In this document: positions 23,104 to 31,862 of the stretch, piece by piece
How positions within the stretch are numbered: the stretch's first letter is position 1
Layout of the letters: each line of letters opens with the position of its first letter
NCBI GenBank assembly: GCA_965652295.1
Contig: CBFGTS010000003.1
Coordinates: 250,232-314,231, forward strand
DNA from: an uncultured Haloferula sp.
GTDB lineage: Bacteria; Verrucomicrobiota; Verrucomicrobiia; Verrucomicrobiales; Akkermansiaceae
DNA: 64,000 nt
Reading direction: 5' to 3'
Translations under genes and position numbers: made by a program
The notes under the pieces: generated by a model
Seen by the model: the letters and a program-made list of their open reading frames with translations, nothing else
Database searches by the model: none
Told to the model about the DNA's origin: nothing

Positions 23104-24189
23104 ATGAATGTTGTCCGCTCTCTCTGCCTCGCCGCCTGCCTCGCCCTCCCCGTCGTGGATGCGGACCCTCTGTCCGATTGGCCGGCGGGCGCGGAGCCCG
23201 CGGAGGTGGGGGAACGGGTGGCGGAGGATTTCCTGACCCGCAAGTTCCGCTACGAAACGAATCCAGCCAAGGCCCACCTCGGCGTGATCTACCCCGAAAT
23301 CTGCGTGTGGTACGGAGCGCTGACCCTGGCGCAGGAAGCGCAGCACGAGGAACTCTCGAAGAAACTGATCGCGAAATTCGAGCCCTTCGTTTCCGGCGAG
23401 CTGGCGAACCACATCAACCGCAGCCCGCATGTCGACTACCGGATGTTCGGCACGCTGCCGTTGGAGATCCATACGATGAACGGCGACAAGCGCTGCCTGG
23501 AGCTGGGCTTGTCCTTCGCCGACGCGCAGTGGAAGAAGACGGCCGACGACGGGGTCACGACGGAAGCGCGCTACTGGATCGACGACATGTACATGATCCC
23601 GATCCTCCAGGTGCAGGCCTACCGCGCGAGCAAGGAGGCGCGCTATCTCGATCACGCCGCGAAAGCCCTCCGCGCCTATCTGCCGAAGCTGCAACAACCG
23701 AACGGGCTCTTCTTTCACGGGCCGGATTCCCAATACTACTGGGGCCGTGGCAACGGCTGGGTCGCGGTCGGGATGGCCGAGGTCCTGCGTTCGATGCCGG
23801 AGGACCATCCGGACCGCACGGCGATCCTCGCGGGCTACCGGAAGATGATGGCCGCGCTGTTGGAGCTCCAGGCGGATTCGGGGCTGTGGCGGCAGTTGCT
23901 GGACGATCCCGGGTCGTGGGAGGAAACCTCGGCCAGCGGGATGTTCACGTTCGCCTTCGTGACCGGGGTGAAAAACGGCTGGCTGGACGAAGAGCACTAC
24001 GGACCAGCGGCGCGAAAGGCGTGGCTGGCGCTGGTGGAAAAAATCGATGAGGCCGGCCGGGTACGGGACGTGTGCATCGGCACCGACAAGGGATTCAGCA
24101 AGGAGTTCTATCTCGAACGACCCCGGGAAACCGGAGATCTGCATGGCCAGGCGCCGATCCTCTGGACGGCCTCGGCGCTGCTGCGCTGA
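23104..24189 (+). CDS. Glycoside hydrolase GH105/GH88 (unsaturated uronyl hydrolase)
   Basis: WIDDMYM, GLFFH, WGRGNGW, LQADSGLW, ETSASGM; signal peptide. Confidence 0.92.
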   Translation: MNVVRSLCLAACLALPVVDADPLSDWPAGAEPAEVGERVAEDFLTRKFRYETNPAKAHLGVIYPEICVWYGALTLAQEAQHEELSKKLIAKFEPFVSGELANHINRSPHVDYRMFGTLPLEIHTMNGDKRCLELGLSFADAQWKKTADDGVTTEARYWIDDMYMIPILQVQAYRASKEARYLDHAAKALRAYLPKLQQPNGLFFHGPDSQYYWGRGNGWVAVGMAEVLRSMPEDHPDRTAILAGYRKMMAALLELQADSGLWRQLLDDPGSWEETSASGMFTFAFVTGVKNGWLDEEHYGPAARKAWLALVEKIDEAGRVRDVCIGTDKGFSKEFYLERPRETGDLHGQAPILWTASALLR

Positions 24190-24267
24190 CCCACTTTGGA
24201 GGATTCCATGACAGCCGGACGCTCCGGCCGCGTATGGGGCAGGAACCCGATGATCCCTGCCCAACCC

Positions 24268-27264
24268 ATGCGTGCCCTTGTTTTCTCCTGTCTGGCCGGA
24301 ATGTGCCTGCCCCTGTCAGCCACCGAACCCGCCCGCGACCTGGTGGTCAGCGAAGGCTTTGCGAACCCGATCGGTTTCTACGACGCCATGCCCGGCTTCT
24401 CGTGGAAGCTGCCCGCGGCCGCCGGCACGACGGCTCAACGGGCCTATCGGATCATCGCCGCGAGCGCACCTGACAAGCTCCCGGCCTCTCCGGACCTGTG
24501 GGACAGCGGCAAAGTGGAGTCCCACGACTCGGCGTGGATTCCTTACGCCGGGAACGCGCTGGGCTCCCGGCAGGAGGTTCACTGGCAGGTGAGGTTCTGG
24601 GATCAGAACGATGAGGCCTCGCCCTGGAGCGCGGTGGCGCACTTCGAACTGGGGTTGCTGGATACCTCCGACTGGCAGGGCCAATGGATCCGCATGGCAC
24701 CTCCCGCCGGAGAAAACGACACGCCGGAGGTGGTCATCGAAAAGGCCGAGTACCTGCCGGAGGCCCACCCGGACAAGGCGGTGGATGTCACCGATACCCT
24801 CCGCCGCCGCCTGGCCGATGCCCAACCGCTGATCGCGGCGAACAACGAGCTCGCCGGAAGTGATCCACTCTTTGGCACGGTGAAAAAGCTGGTGATCACC
24901 CTGACCCGCGGCGGCAAGCGTGAGACGGTGGAGGTTGCGGAAAACGGCCATTATCATCTGCTGACCGGGAGCACCTCAGCGGAGGCAGCGCCGTTTGTGC
25001 CCCAGTATCTTCGAAAGGAATTCGAGCTGACGAAGCCGGTTGCCTCCGCCCGGCTCCATGTGACGGCACGCGGAGTCTACGAGATGCGGCTGAATGGCGA
25101 CAAAGTCGGCGAAGATTTCATGGCCCCGGGGTGGACGCCCTATGAGAAAAAAATCGAGGCGATCACCTATGACGTCACCTCTCAGCTCCGCGAAGGGACG
25201 AATGCGATCGGCGGGATCCTCGGTGAAGGCTGGTACGCCGGCCGACTCGGCTGGGGCCAGCACAACGCCGGGCGGGTGAAGCCGCAGCTGCTGGTGCAGT
25301 TGGAGATCGCGCACCCGGACGGCAGCCGCACCGTGGTGGCGAGCGATTCCACCTGGAAAGCCACCGATGAAGGCCCCATCCGCTTTTCCGGGATCTACGA
25401 TGGCGAAATCCACGACGCCCGCCGCGAGCTGCCCGGCTGGGATCGGGCGGGCTATGACGACCCTTCCTGGCATCCCGTTTCCGCCGTAAAACCTGCGACT
25501 GACGACCGGATCGCGCCGAAGCGGCACTCGCCCACCCGTCTTCAACGGGAGATCCCCGCGGTGAAGGTCAGCGAGCCCGTCGAGGGGAAATTCGTCTTCG
25601 ACCTCGGACAGAACATCGTCGGCTGGCCGAAGCTGACGATCCCGGTGAAGAAGGACCAGACGATCACCGTGCGCTTCGCCGAAATGCTGGAGAAGGACGG
25701 CACGCTTTACACCGCGAACTACCGCAACGCGAAATCGACCGACACCTACATCGCTGCCGCCAATGGCACGGCGGAGTGGCACCCGCTCTTCACCTTCCAT
25801 GGTTTCCGCTATGTCGAGCTGAGCGGGTTTCCGAAGGGCACCCGGCCCGAGCCGGGCTGGGTCACCGGTGCGGTGCTGCACTCCGACTTCGGCTGGGCCG
25901 GCAAGTTCGACTCCTCCCACGAAATGCTGAACCAGCTGCAAAGCAACATCCGCTGGGGGCTGCGCGGAAATTTCCTGGACGTTCCCACCGATTGCCCGCA
26001 GCGCGACGAACGGCTCGGCTGGACCGGCGACGCTCAGGTTTTCGCCCCCGCGGCGATCTTCAACGCCAAGGTCCACGCCTTTTTCGCGAGCTGGCTGGAA
26101 AGCATGCGGCTCGACCAGCACCCGGACGGATCCATCCCCAACGTCATCCCCAACGTCCTCAACGACCACTGCGGCGGCTCCGGCTGGTCGGATGCCGCCA
26201 CGGTCATCCCCTGGGAAATCTACGTCCGCACCGGAGACCTCAACATCCTCGCCGAGAACTACGACATGATGCGCAAGTGGGTCGGCTACTACGAAGCCCA
26301 CGCCAAGGACGGCATCGTCGATGTCGGCCGCTACGGCGATTGGTTGCAGCCCTACCCGGAAAACGGCCAAACCCACGCCGACACGCCGAACGACCTACTA
26401 GGCACGGCGTATTTCGGTTATTCGGCGGCGCTGACCGCCAAGGCGGCCAGGGCTCTCGGGAAAAATGATGAAGCCGGGCGTTTGGAAAAACTCTCCTCCG
26501 AGGTGGCGAAGTCCTTTACCGGGAAGTTCTTCGACAAATCCGGCAAGCTGACCACCGCCATCGAGACCCAGACGGGCTATCTCGTGGCGCTGGGCTTCGA
26601 CCTCCTCCCTGAAGACCTCCGTCCGAAAGCCCTCGGCCATCTCGTCCGTCTGCTTGAGAAGTCAGGCGGCCACCTCCGCACCGGCTTCCTCGGCACCCCG
26701 CTGCTCGCTCCGGTGCTCGACCGCTTCGGTCGCACCGATCTCGCGTATGGCGCCTTGTTCAAGGAAACCTATCCGTCCTGGTTCTACTCCATCCACCAGG
26801 GCGCGACGACCATGTGGGAGCGCTGGAACAGCTACAGCCACGAGGACGGTTTCGGCGACGCAGGCATGAACTCCTTCAACCACTACGCCTATGGAGCCAT
26901 CGGCCAATGGATGTATGAACGGATCGCCGGCCTCGCCCCCGACCCGGAAGCCCCGGGCTATCGCCACATCCTGATCCAACCGCAGCCCGGCGGGTCGCTG
27001 GAAACCGCTTCCGCCGAACTGGAAACCCCCTACGGCCTCGCCCGCAGTGCTTGGAAAAAATCCGGCACCGCGGTCGAGCTGGAGGCCCTGATCCCGCCGA
27101 ACACGACCGGCACCCTGCGTCTTCCGGTGGTCAGTCCGGCACGCCTGCGGGTCACCCGCGATGGTGCGGAGGTGAATCTCCAGCTCCAGGGAGACACGGC
27201 ACATCTCGACCTCGCCCCGGGCACCCATCGCTTCCGCGTCGAAGGCATGCGTTTCGTCGACTGA
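24268..27264 (+). CDS. GH78 alpha-L-rhamnosidase
   Basis: LWDSGKV, FDLGQN, FTFHGFRYVE, PTDCPQRDERLGWTGD, GATTMWERW, MNSFNHYAYG. Confidence 0.95.
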   Translation: MRALVFSCLAGMCLPLSATEPARDLVVSEGFANPIGFYDAMPGFSWKLPAAAGTTAQRAYRIIAASAPDKLPASPDLWDSGKVESHDSAWIPYAGNALGSRQEVHWQVRFWDQNDEASPWSAVAHFELGLLDTSDWQGQWIRMAPPAGENDTPEVVIEKAEYLPEAHPDKAVDVTDTLRRRLADAQPLIAANNELAGSDPLFGTVKKLVITLTRGGKRETVEVAENGHYHLLTGSTSAEAAPFVPQYLRKEFELTKPVASARLHVTARGVYEMRLNGDKVGEDFMAPGWTPYEKKIEAITYDVTSQLREGTNAIGGILGEGWYAGRLGWGQHNAGRVKPQLLVQLEIAHPDGSRTVVASDSTWKATDEGPIRFSGIYDGEIHDARRELPGWDRAGYDDPSWHPVSAVKPATDDRIAPKRHSPTRLQREIPAVKVSEPVEGKFVFDLGQNIVGWPKLTIPVKKDQTITVRFAEMLEKDGTLYTANYRNAKSTDTYIAAANGTAEWHPLFTFHGFRYVELSGFPKGTRPEPGWVTGAVLHSDFGWAGKFDSSHEMLNQLQSNIRWGLRGNFLDVPTDCPQRDERLGWTGDAQVFAPAAIFNAKVHAFFASWLESMRLDQHPDGSIPNVIPNVLNDHCGGSGWSDAATVIPWEIYVRTGDLNILAENYDMMRKWVGYYEAHAKDGIVDVGRYGDWLQPYPENGQTHADTPNDLLGTAYFGYSAALTAKAARALGKNDEAGRLEKLSSEVAKSFTGKFFDKSGKLTTAIETQTGYLVALGFDLLPEDLRPKALGHLVRLLEKSGGHLRTGFLGTPLLAPVLDRFGRTDLAYGALFKETYPSWFYSIHQGATTMWERWNSYSHEDGFGDAGMNSFNHYAYGAIGQWMYERIAGLAPDPEAPGYRHILIQPQPGGSLETASAELETPYGLARSAWKKSGTAVELEALIPPNTTGTLRLPVVSPARLRVTRDGAEVNLQLQGDTAHLDLAPGTHRFRVEGMRFVD

Positions 27265-27373
27265 AACAAAGCTCCACCGGCCGAGATCATGCGGCCGATT
27301 TTCCGTTAGCCGCGGGTCGGCTCTTCGACCAGAGTGGCGGCGCATGCCCCATTTGCTCGTCGTCACGGTCTCA

Positions 27374-29260
27374 ATGTCGCCGCTGGTTTACCTCACCCTG
27401 ATCCTGGCTCTTGGAGTCCTCGCGCAGTGGTTCGCCTGGCGCTTCAAGCTCCCTTCGATCCTCCTGTTGCTGGCTTTCGGCTTCGGGCTGGGCCAGCTCA
27501 CCGGCGTCCGGATCGATGACTTCCTCGCGGGAGCCAGCGGCCACAGCTCGCCGCTGCTCTCGGCCGTCGGCCTGTTCGTGGCGATCATTCTTTTCGAAGG
27601 CGGGCTGACCCTGAAATTCAGCGAGCTGAAGGAATCCGGCCTGCCGATCCTGCGCCTGTGCACGCTGGCGGTGGTGCTGTCCTTCCTCCTCACCACCGGC
27701 TTCATGATCTATGCGCTGGGGTACGATATCCGCCTCGCCGCCCTCACCGGCGCCATCCTCACCGTCACCGGCCCCACGGTCATCGCGCCGCTGCTGCGCC
27801 ACGTGAACCCGACCCGCAAGATGGCCTCGATTTTCAAATGGGAGGGCATCGTGGTCGATCCCATCGGGGCGATTCTCGGCGTGCTCGTGTTCATCATTTC
27901 CCTCTCGTCCAGCGCCGACGCGGCTTGGTCGCAGGTGCTGATCGCCATCGGGAAAATGATCCTCGTCGGCTGCATCTGCGGCTACGCCCTGGGCAAGGTG
28001 GTCGAAACCCTGCTGCGGCGTCATCTCATCCCGGACTACCTCCAGCCGGTTTTCCTGCTGGCGGTGGTGGCCGTCGCCTTCACCCTCTCGAATCTGGTCG
28101 AAAAGGAAGCCGGGCTGCTCACCGTGACGGTACTCGGCGTCGTCCTCGCCAACCAGCGCTCGGTGTCCGTCCGCCACATCCTCGAATTCAAGGAGAACCT
28201 GCGGACGCTGATCATCTCCTCGTTGTTCATCGTGCTTTCCGGCCGCATCGCGCTCAGCGACCTGACCCTCACCCTCGGGAAAGGGGCCGCCTTGCTGGCA
28301 TTCCTCATTATCGTCGGGCGACCGTTTTCGGTCTTCGGCTCGCTGCTCGGATCGAAGCAGACCACCCTCAAGGAGCGCACCTTCCTCGCCTTCCTCGCCC
28401 CCCGCGGCATCGTCGCCGCCGCCGTCGCCTCGATCTTCGCACTGGAGTGCGAGATCGCCGCCGGAAACGGCCGTTTCGGCGACCTCGGCCCGGTCATCGC
28501 CGCCCAGTCCCAGGAGATCTCCGCCCTCATCTTCCTCGTCATCATCGGCACCGTCGCCATCTACGGGCTCACCGCCTCGCCGCTGGCCCGCGCCCTCGGC
28601 CTCGCCTCGAAAAACCCCACCGGGATCCTCTTCGCCGGGGCCGATGCATGGGCGAGGCTCGCCGCCAAAACGCTTCAGGACGACGGCCACCGCGTCATGC
28701 TGCTCGACACGAACTACTCGAACATCGCCGCCGCCAAGCTCCTCGGGCTCGACGCCCAGCGCGCCAACATCCTGTCCGAATTCGCCGAGGAGGAACTCGA
28801 TTTCAACGGCCTCGGCTCGCTCGTCGCCGGCACGCCGAACGACGAAGTGAACTCGATGGCCGCCCAGCGGTTCGCCCATCATTTCGGCCGCGCCAACGTC
28901 TGGCAGCTCGCGCCCGTCGACCGCTCCGCGCACCACCGCACCGCCACCTCGTCGGAAATCCGCGCGCAGAATTGCTTCACCGGAAAGCCCGACCACCGGC
29001 AGCTCCAGCAGCTCACCCATGCCGGGGCCCTGGTGAAAAAGTCCCATATCACCGACAAATTCACCTTCGAGGATTTCCAGAAAACCTACGCCGGCACCTC
29101 GGCGATCGTGCTTTTTCTCAACGATAGCTCCAAAGGTCTGCGACCCGCCCCGGCGGAAATTGAAAAACTCCCCCCGGGCACGACGCTCTACGTGCTGGTC
29201 ACGGAAAACGGCGAAGGGGTTGAACTCAAACCTGAAACATCGGCCGCCGCGGACCAGTAA
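27374..29260 (+). CDS. CPA1/NhaP-type cation:proton antiporter with C-terminal NAD-binding-like domain
   Basis: IILFEGGL, VTGPTVIAP, WEGIVVDPIGA, APRGIVAAA; multiple TMs plus soluble tail. Confidence 0.9.
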   Translation: MSPLVYLTLILALGVLAQWFAWRFKLPSILLLLAFGFGLGQLTGVRIDDFLAGASGHSSPLLSAVGLFVAIILFEGGLTLKFSELKESGLPILRLCTLAVVLSFLLTTGFMIYALGYDIRLAALTGAILTVTGPTVIAPLLRHVNPTRKMASIFKWEGIVVDPIGAILGVLVFIISLSSSADAAWSQVLIAIGKMILVGCICGYALGKVVETLLRRHLIPDYLQPVFLLAVVAVAFTLSNLVEKEAGLLTVTVLGVVLANQRSVSVRHILEFKENLRTLIISSLFIVLSGRIALSDLTLTLGKGAALLAFLIIVGRPFSVFGSLLGSKQTTLKERTFLAFLAPRGIVAAAVASIFALECEIAAGNGRFGDLGPVIAAQSQEISALIFLVIIGTVAIYGLTASPLARALGLASKNPTGILFAGADAWARLAAKTLQDDGHRVMLLDTNYSNIAAAKLLGLDAQRANILSEFAEEELDFNGLGSLVAGTPNDEVNSMAAQRFAHHFGRANVWQLAPVDRSAHHRTATSSEIRAQNCFTGKPDHRQLQQLTHAGALVKKSHITDKFTFEDFQKTYAGTSAIVLFLNDSSKGLRPAPAEIEKLPPGTTLYVLVTENGEGVELKPETSAAADQ

Positions 29261-29272
29261 TCCGCGATTTCC

Positions 29273-30955
29273 ATGTCCCGCACCCTCAAACGCGCCTTCT
29301 TCTGGCTGTCCGGCGCCGGCACCGAAACCCTCGAGCAATGCCCCACCTGGGAGCAGCGGAAATACGTCGCCTTCGGTGCCACCGTGCTCGTCCCCTGCAC
29401 GTTCGCGTTCATCGCCTGCGCCTACGCCCTTTCCACCCTCACCGACAACGCGCGGGTCATCTATTCCGTCGCCGCGGTCTGGGCCTTCATCATCCTCACC
29501 ATCGACCGCGCCCTGCTCGCCGGCTACCGGCCGTTCCTCTCCTGGACGCGCAAACTCTCGCAGTTCGCCCTGCGCCTCGGCGTCGCCGTCCTCATGGGCC
29601 TCACCATCGCCCACCCACTCGTCCTGCTGCTTTTCCGCGACACCGTGACCTCGGTCATCGAGCAGGAACGCGCCGCCGAGATCGAGACCGAACGCGACGT
29701 CTTCGCGGCCCGAAAAGACAGCGTCCGCGGCACCATGGACTCGCTGGAGGAAAAGATCGCCAAGCTCCAGAACGATCGCCTCCAGACCTACAACGCCCAG
29801 TTCATCATCCAGGAAAAGGCCGATGCTGACTCCGCCATTCCCGGCCTCACCGCCGAGCAACAGGCCGAACTGAAGGAGGCCACCGACGAAGCCACCGCGC
29901 CCTTCCGCGCCCGGCTCGATCTCATCAACAAGCAGCTCGATGAGCTCACCCCACAGTTCGCCAAGGCCCAGACCGAGCTGACCTTCTGGCAGTCGGAATA
30001 CGAACGCGAACTCAACGGCCAGCGCAGCGGACTCGTCGGCGAAGGGCCACGCGCCCGCTCGATCAAGGCCGACCAACTCGAACCCCGCCGTGAGGAATCC
30101 CGCCGCCTCTCCGGCCTGCTCGAACACCTCAGCGCCGAGAAAGCCACCCTCCAGACCCAGATCCGCGAGGCGGAAAAACAAGCCATCGCCAGCTTCGAGA
30201 CGCGCCTCGCCGAGATCGAAGCCTCCAACCAGGCCGAGGCCGAACGCGTCGCCGCCCTCAAGCACCAGGTCGAGCAAAGCCAGGCCGACGCCTTCGTCAC
30301 CCAGCAGAATGCCGTCCGCAGTGCGCTCGACACCCAGATCGAGACCCGCAACGCCGAGCTGAAAACCGCCCAATCCGAGCTCGCCGCCGTTTCCCGCGAG
30401 GAGCGCGACCGTATCGACGCGCTCAACGCCGAGCCACGCCGCGACATCCTCACCCAGACCCTCGCCCTCCACAAACTCTTCAAAAACGGCGCCGAGGGCG
30501 GCCAGTTCGCCTTCTACACCTACCTCATCCTCACCACCCTCTTCATGCTCGTGGATACGATTCCGCTGGTCGTGAAATTCTTCACCAAACCCGGTCCCTA
30601 CGACCGCCTGCTCGATCGCGACGAAACCTCCTACGCCGCCGAACACGAGGCCTTCCTCCACAGCCACGGCCGCTACATGGCACAGCTCGCGTCAGGCAAC
30701 CTCATCGCCGTCACCCGCAACAAGACGCTCGAAAACGCCCTCGTCGATGGCGTCGAGCACTCCCGCGCCGCCCGCGAGTTCCTCGATTCCCTGATCGGCA
30801 TGGAGCGCTCGTTCGCCGAGCAGATGCGCCTCGAACAAGAGGCCAGCGTCCAGGCAGGCCCCGAAAAGCTCGCCGCTCTCGAAGCCATGAAAAAGCGCTT
30901 CTACGACGACCTCCACCGCCGCATGGAAATCTTCTTCGCCGGTGCCCAGGCGTGA
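29273..30955 (+). CDS. DUF4407-like membrane-anchored coiled-coil protein
   Basis: N-terminal TMs with IDR and HPLVLLLF, long heptad-rich region with G..GEGP, further TM near the C-terminus. Confidence 0.7.
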   Translation: MSRTLKRAFFWLSGAGTETLEQCPTWEQRKYVAFGATVLVPCTFAFIACAYALSTLTDNARVIYSVAAVWAFIILTIDRALLAGYRPFLSWTRKLSQFALRLGVAVLMGLTIAHPLVLLLFRDTVTSVIEQERAAEIETERDVFAARKDSVRGTMDSLEEKIAKLQNDRLQTYNAQFIIQEKADADSAIPGLTAEQQAELKEATDEATAPFRARLDLINKQLDELTPQFAKAQTELTFWQSEYERELNGQRSGLVGEGPRARSIKADQLEPRREESRRLSGLLEHLSAEKATLQTQIREAEKQAIASFETRLAEIEASNQAEAERVAALKHQVEQSQADAFVTQQNAVRSALDTQIETRNAELKTAQSELAAVSREERDRIDALNAEPRRDILTQTLALHKLFKNGAEGGQFAFYTYLILTTLFMLVDTIPLVVKFFTKPGPYDRLLDRDETSYAAEHEAFLHSHGRYMAQLASGNLIAVTRNKTLENALVDGVEHSRAAREFLDSLIGMERSFAEQMRLEQEASVQAGPEKLAALEAMKKRFYDDLHRRMEIFFAGAQA

Positions 30956-30960
30956 GGCGA

Positions 30961-31020
30961 ATTGGAACGCGAGCTTTAGCTCGCATGGTCGGACGGGCGA
31001 GCTAAAGCTCGCGTTCCAAT
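30961..31020. repeat. REP doublet (REPIN-like): perfect 24-bp inverted repeat of self-palindromic units
   Basis: attggaacgcgagctttagctcgc (30961-30984), 12-nt spacer, gcgagctaaagctcgcgttccaat (30997-31020); each arm holds the hairpin gcgagc-ttta-gctcgc. Confidence 0.85.
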
Positions 31021-31033
31021 CCCCGCCCAGCCC

Positions 31034-31783
31034 ATGAACGCCTACTCCTCCCTCGAAGCCCTGCTCCACGACGCCTTCTGGGCCGATGAGGAAACGCCTG
31101 AGTTGCTCTGGATCGAGAACCTCCTTGAAGAACCCGCGCTCGAAATCGGTTGCGGCTCCGGCCGCCTGCTGTTGCCTCTGCTCCAGAAAGACCGCCGCAT
31201 CGAGGGACTCGACAACTCCGCCGACATGCTCGCGCTCTGTCGCGAAAGCGCCGCCACCCTCGGCCTCGACCCCGTCCTGCATCACGCGGACATGACCACC
31301 TTTTCCCCGGGCAAATCCTACGCATCCCTCTTCGTCCCCGCCTTCACGCTCCAGCTCGCCGCCAACCCCGCCGCGGCTCTCGCGAATTTCCACAAGCTGC
31401 TCAGCCCCGGCGGCCTTCTCTATCTCACCGTTTTTATCCCGCTCGCCGAGATTCATCGCGAGCTGCCGGAAAACGAGTGGTTTCCCGACCATCGCACGAC
31501 CCTCCCGGACGGTCGCGAAGCCTCGGTGGAAACCCGCTTCCGCATCGACCGCAAAACCCGCGTGCTCCACCGCGAGCACCACTACCGCCTCGAGGACCAG
31601 GAGCACTTCTCCGAGCAAACGGTCCGCTGGTTCACACCCCGCCACCTCCAGCGCCTCCTCGCCGAGGCCGGCTTCGAGGTCGAGAACGCCGTCGCCGATT
31701 TCGACGAGGAACTCCCCGTGGACGAGCACAGCCAGATCATCACGATCGTCGCCCGGACGGCCACCAAGTCCGCCTCCGCTTGA
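31034..31783 (+). CDS. Class I SAM-dependent methyltransferase
   Basis: ALEIGCGSGR, GLDNSADML, LSPGG. Confidence 0.9.
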   Translation: MNAYSSLEALLHDAFWADEETPELLWIENLLEEPALEIGCGSGRLLLPLLQKDRRIEGLDNSADMLALCRESAATLGLDPVLHHADMTTFSPGKSYASLFVPAFTLQLAANPAAALANFHKLLSPGGLLYLTVFIPLAEIHRELPENEWFPDHRTTLPDGREASVETRFRIDRKTRVLHREHHYRLEDQEHFSEQTVRWFTPRHLQRLLAEAGFEVENAVADFDEELPVDEHSQIITIVARTATKSASA

Positions 31784-31862
31784 CCCACGCCAAGCAAATC
31801 CCGCGCCGCGAATCGGCAATGGCGCGAAGCCATCGCATGCCGCCTTGGCATTGACTGATGGC

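Noticed and set aside
27371..30667. 1098-aa minus-strand ORF
   Set aside because: Antisense shadow of the antiporter and DUF4407-like genes; stop-poor because of high GC3, with no recognisable motifs.
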